Positions 29,911 to 32,000 of a stretch of 32,000 nucleotides of DNA are shown here, piece after piece. Under the pieces are notes generated by a model that saw only the letters and a list, made by a program, of their open reading frames with translations, had not been told where the DNA came from and made no database searches. Position 1 is the first letter of the stretch. The number at the start of each line of letters is the position of its first letter. Both the position numbers and the translations under genes were made by a program. The DNA comes from Candidatus Saccharimonadota bacterium. GTDB lineage: Bacteria > Patescibacteriota > Gracilibacteria > BD1-5 > UBA6164. The DNA is taken from positions 570,001 to 602,000 of the forward strand of contig OY782392.1 in the NCBI GenBank assembly GCA_963677765.1, in the 5' to 3' direction.

Positions 29911-32000
29911 ATGAAAAAATATATAATTTTTATAGCATTTTTAAGTCTATTTGGTAATAGTATTTCACATGCTTGTGATCAGGTATTTGATTGAGGTTTT
30001 TTAAGATATGATTACTCATATAGGTTTTATGATGACTTTCATAATAATACTAACAGTACTATATACTTTAACAACTATAGTGTTGATTTTATAAACTGAT
30101 CTTTCTTAGATTCAGGTTGATCTTTTTGATGGACAAATAATATTGCAAATAATTGATATCAATTATGATCAAGATCAAGTACTAGGGTATTAGAAACATC
30201 TGCACCAAAATGGAGAATTGATTCAAAACCTTCTTCAAGAACTAATTGAACAAGAAATAGTTATGATTTCGGTATAGAATATACTATTGCATATGACTAT
30301 TCTAATAATTATCCAGATTCAAGTGATGATTATTCTCATAAGGAATGTGTTTATTATAGTGTAACTTGGTGTTGAGATGGTGTATTAGATAGCTCTTATG
30401 AAACTTGTGATTATAATGATCCAAATCAATTATGATGGTGAACAGGAGGTTGTAATACTAGTTGTGAACCTATAAATGATACAACTTCAAGTTCAAGTTC
30501 GTCTAGTTCTTCTAGTTCGTCATCATCTAGTTCGAGTAGTTCATCTTCAAGTTCTAGTTCATCTAGTTCATCATCATCTAGTTCAAGTTCGTCTAGTTCT
30601 TCTAGTTCGTCATCATCTAGTTCGAGTAGTTCATCTTCAAGTTCTAGTTCATCTAGTTCATCATCAAGTTCAAGTAGTTCTTCTAGTTCTTCAGGTTGAT
30701 CAAGCTCTTCAGGTTGAAGTAGTAGCTCATGATGATCAAGCTCTTCAGGATGATCTAGTAGCTCATGATGATGAACTCCAGATACATTTTGTTGAGATTG
30801 ATCAGTTCAAAGACCTAGTAATAATCCTTATTCTTGTGTTACATGATATGATTCTACATGAAATCCTATTAATTGAGAATGTTATGAATATATTTTAGAA
30901 GAATGTGATTATTGATCTTGAACATGGCCTTCTTGGTGTTGAGCTCCATGAACTTCGAGTCAATGTAAAATTACATGAGAATTATCTTTTCCATGAACTG
31001 GTGAATTAATATTTTGACCAGAGGATAATGTTACAATTTGAGATTGAATGAACCCATATTTTACTTATTCTCTTAGTAAACCTTATATTAGAAATAATTC
31101 GTCTTTTGATTACCATTTTGATGAATTATGTGTAGTTAAAAAATCATGAAATACTTTGGATTGAAGTACTACATGTCAATCTATGCCAGATATATTATGA
31201 GCATGACAAACTTATTATTTTACTAATTATCCTATATTAGTTTGAAATACAAGTAGTTTAACAGCATGAACTTATGATGATAATTTGGTAGTTACAACAT
31301 TGAAAAATGATGGTAGATTATATGATGATGCTTTCTTTGCAGCTGAATTATGAGTTAGAGTTTCTAAACCTAGTATAGCTACAACATGATGAGGTACTAG
31401 TTTTCTTAGTTCTACTGATTGAATATCTAATGTAAGTGTTGTTACAAATAATAAATCTAATAGTGATGAAAATAAAAACTTTGTATGATTAGGAGTTTCT
31501 ACATGAGATATTTCTAGTTATTCAGATGAACTTAATGATTCATCTTCTATAGATTTAGTTAAACAAGAATGAGATGACTATAGTATAAAATCAAACTCTA
31601 ATTCTGAGTCTACATGAATTACATTAGCAACTTCTAATAGCTTATCAGATTTTGAAAGTTATAATTGAATAAGTAATGCTTTTGTTTTGAGGGATACAGA
31701 CTTTATAATTAATTCTTCAACTCTATATTGAGAAACTTGAGTAAGAACATATATAATAGAGTGAGGTAATTTGTTTATAAATTGAAATATATTATATCCA
31801 AGTAATATTGCTTTTGTTGTAAAAGGTTGAAATATTATTATAAATAAAGATGTTTCAAGAATAGAATGAACTTATATTACTATAGCTAATTGAAGTGAAG
31901 GTTGAGATATAAAATCAGACTGAATAAAAACAACTAATACTTTAAATGTATTTTGATCATTGTATTGAAATACAAATGATTTAGTAAATAATAGAACTTA
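29911..32000 (+). CDS. Secreted Cys-rich-repeat / poly-Ser surface protein, 3'-partial (at least 696 codons)
   Basis: The signal peptide is MKKYIIFIAFLSLFGNSISHA. The motif WCGDGVLDSSYETCDYNDPNQLGWGTGGCNTSCEP resembles the CGDG...ECD...C cysteine-rich repeat known from Myxococcus. A 69-Ser run (30487-30693) and (S4G2)n follow, then a second FCGDGSVQRP...EECDYG. Later repeats such as GGNLFINGNI and KGGNIIINKDV look beta-helix-like. The frame stays open to the window end. Confidence 0.75.
30491..30666 (+). repeat. Perfect 90-bp tandem duplication (about 1.96 copies) inside the poly-Ser tract
   Basis: Nucleotides 30491-30580 are identical to 30581-30666, at which point the copies diverge. This was verified block by block in 10-nt blocks. 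It also explains the duplicated peptide in the artefactual ORF 30476..30898. Confidence 0.95.

Noticed and set aside
30487-30774. A repetitive tract as a possible CRISPR array or other non-coding satellite
   Set aside because: There is no repeat-spacer organisation. The tract is in frame within a long CDS and encodes Ser and Ser/Gly only. It is a coding low-complexity region with one tandem duplication.
30476-30898. A 140-aa ORF (MIQLQVQVRLVLLVRHH...) with a striking internal repeat
   Set aside because: It is the +1 frame of the poly-Ser tract and its 90-bp duplication. The real frame, continuous with the signal peptide at 29911 and the CGDG repeats, encodes poly-Ser.
1-32000. TGA = Trp (code 4, Mycoplasma/Spiroplasma-like), suggested by the AT-richness
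   Set aside because: TGA sits at invariant Gly positions: pyrH SGEAL and VVGxGN, RNase J HxHxDHIG and HTGDFK, GT4 FG...AAGxP, FG-GAP DxDG, and lipobox -1. TGG is used separately for Trp. Trp at these sites would break the motifs.
1-32000. A region of heavily decayed pseudogenes, with many premature TGA stops
   Set aside because: Only TGA interrupts the frames, never TAA or TAG. There are no frameshifts across 11.7 kb, motifs are intact, and terminators follow the TAA/TAG stops. This pattern indicates recoding, not decay.
1-32000. tRNA, rRNA, tmRNA, transposase, integrase or phage genes
   Set aside because: No GC-enriched structured segment of tRNA or rRNA type is visible in the few intergenic regions. 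No ORF shows DDE, tyrosine- or serine-recombinase or phage hallmark motifs in my manual translations.

Overview
This strongly AT-rich bacterial window is only interpretable if TGA is read as glycine (genetic code 25, as in Gracilibacteria/Absconditabacteria of the CPR/Patescibacteria). The supplied standard-code ORF track is therefore mostly fragments and antisense artefacts. Re-reading by hand with only TAA and TAG as stops gives 20 tightly packed CDSs, most of them followed by hairpin terminators.

- **1-11733 (+):** the 3' part of one giant surface protein, at least 3,910 codons. It carries Ig-like repeats, FG-GAP/VCBS repeats, Asp-rich Ca-binding-like motifs, a Trp/Pro/Cys/Gly-rich hydrophobic island and an LPxLP proline stalk.
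- **11762-16929 (-):** two secreted hypothetical proteins, a Wzy_C/O-antigen-ligase-family membrane protein and a GT4 glycosyltransferase.
- **17037-19558 (+), divergent from the block above:** four tandem paralogous VirB2/TrbC-like (T4SS-pilin-like) genes. They are translationally coupled to a membrane-anchored HExxH zinc metallopeptidase.
- **19826-25528 (+):** a housekeeping block of rnj, a lipoprotein, pyrH and rpmH-rnpA-yidC.
- **25606-32000 (+):** a second surface block. It holds an LPQTG sortase-substrate protein, a 1,087-aa peptidoglycan-binding-domain protein, a 63-aa lipoprotein, and a Cys-rich-repeat protein with an uninterrupted 69-Ser tract that contains a perfect 90-bp tandem duplication.

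No rRNA, tRNA, CRISPR array, transposase or integrase was seen. The most interesting items are the recoding itself, the pilin array with its peptidase and the adjacent glycosylation genes, and the giant mosaic adhesin. All calls rest on manual translation and motif recognition. No database searches were run.
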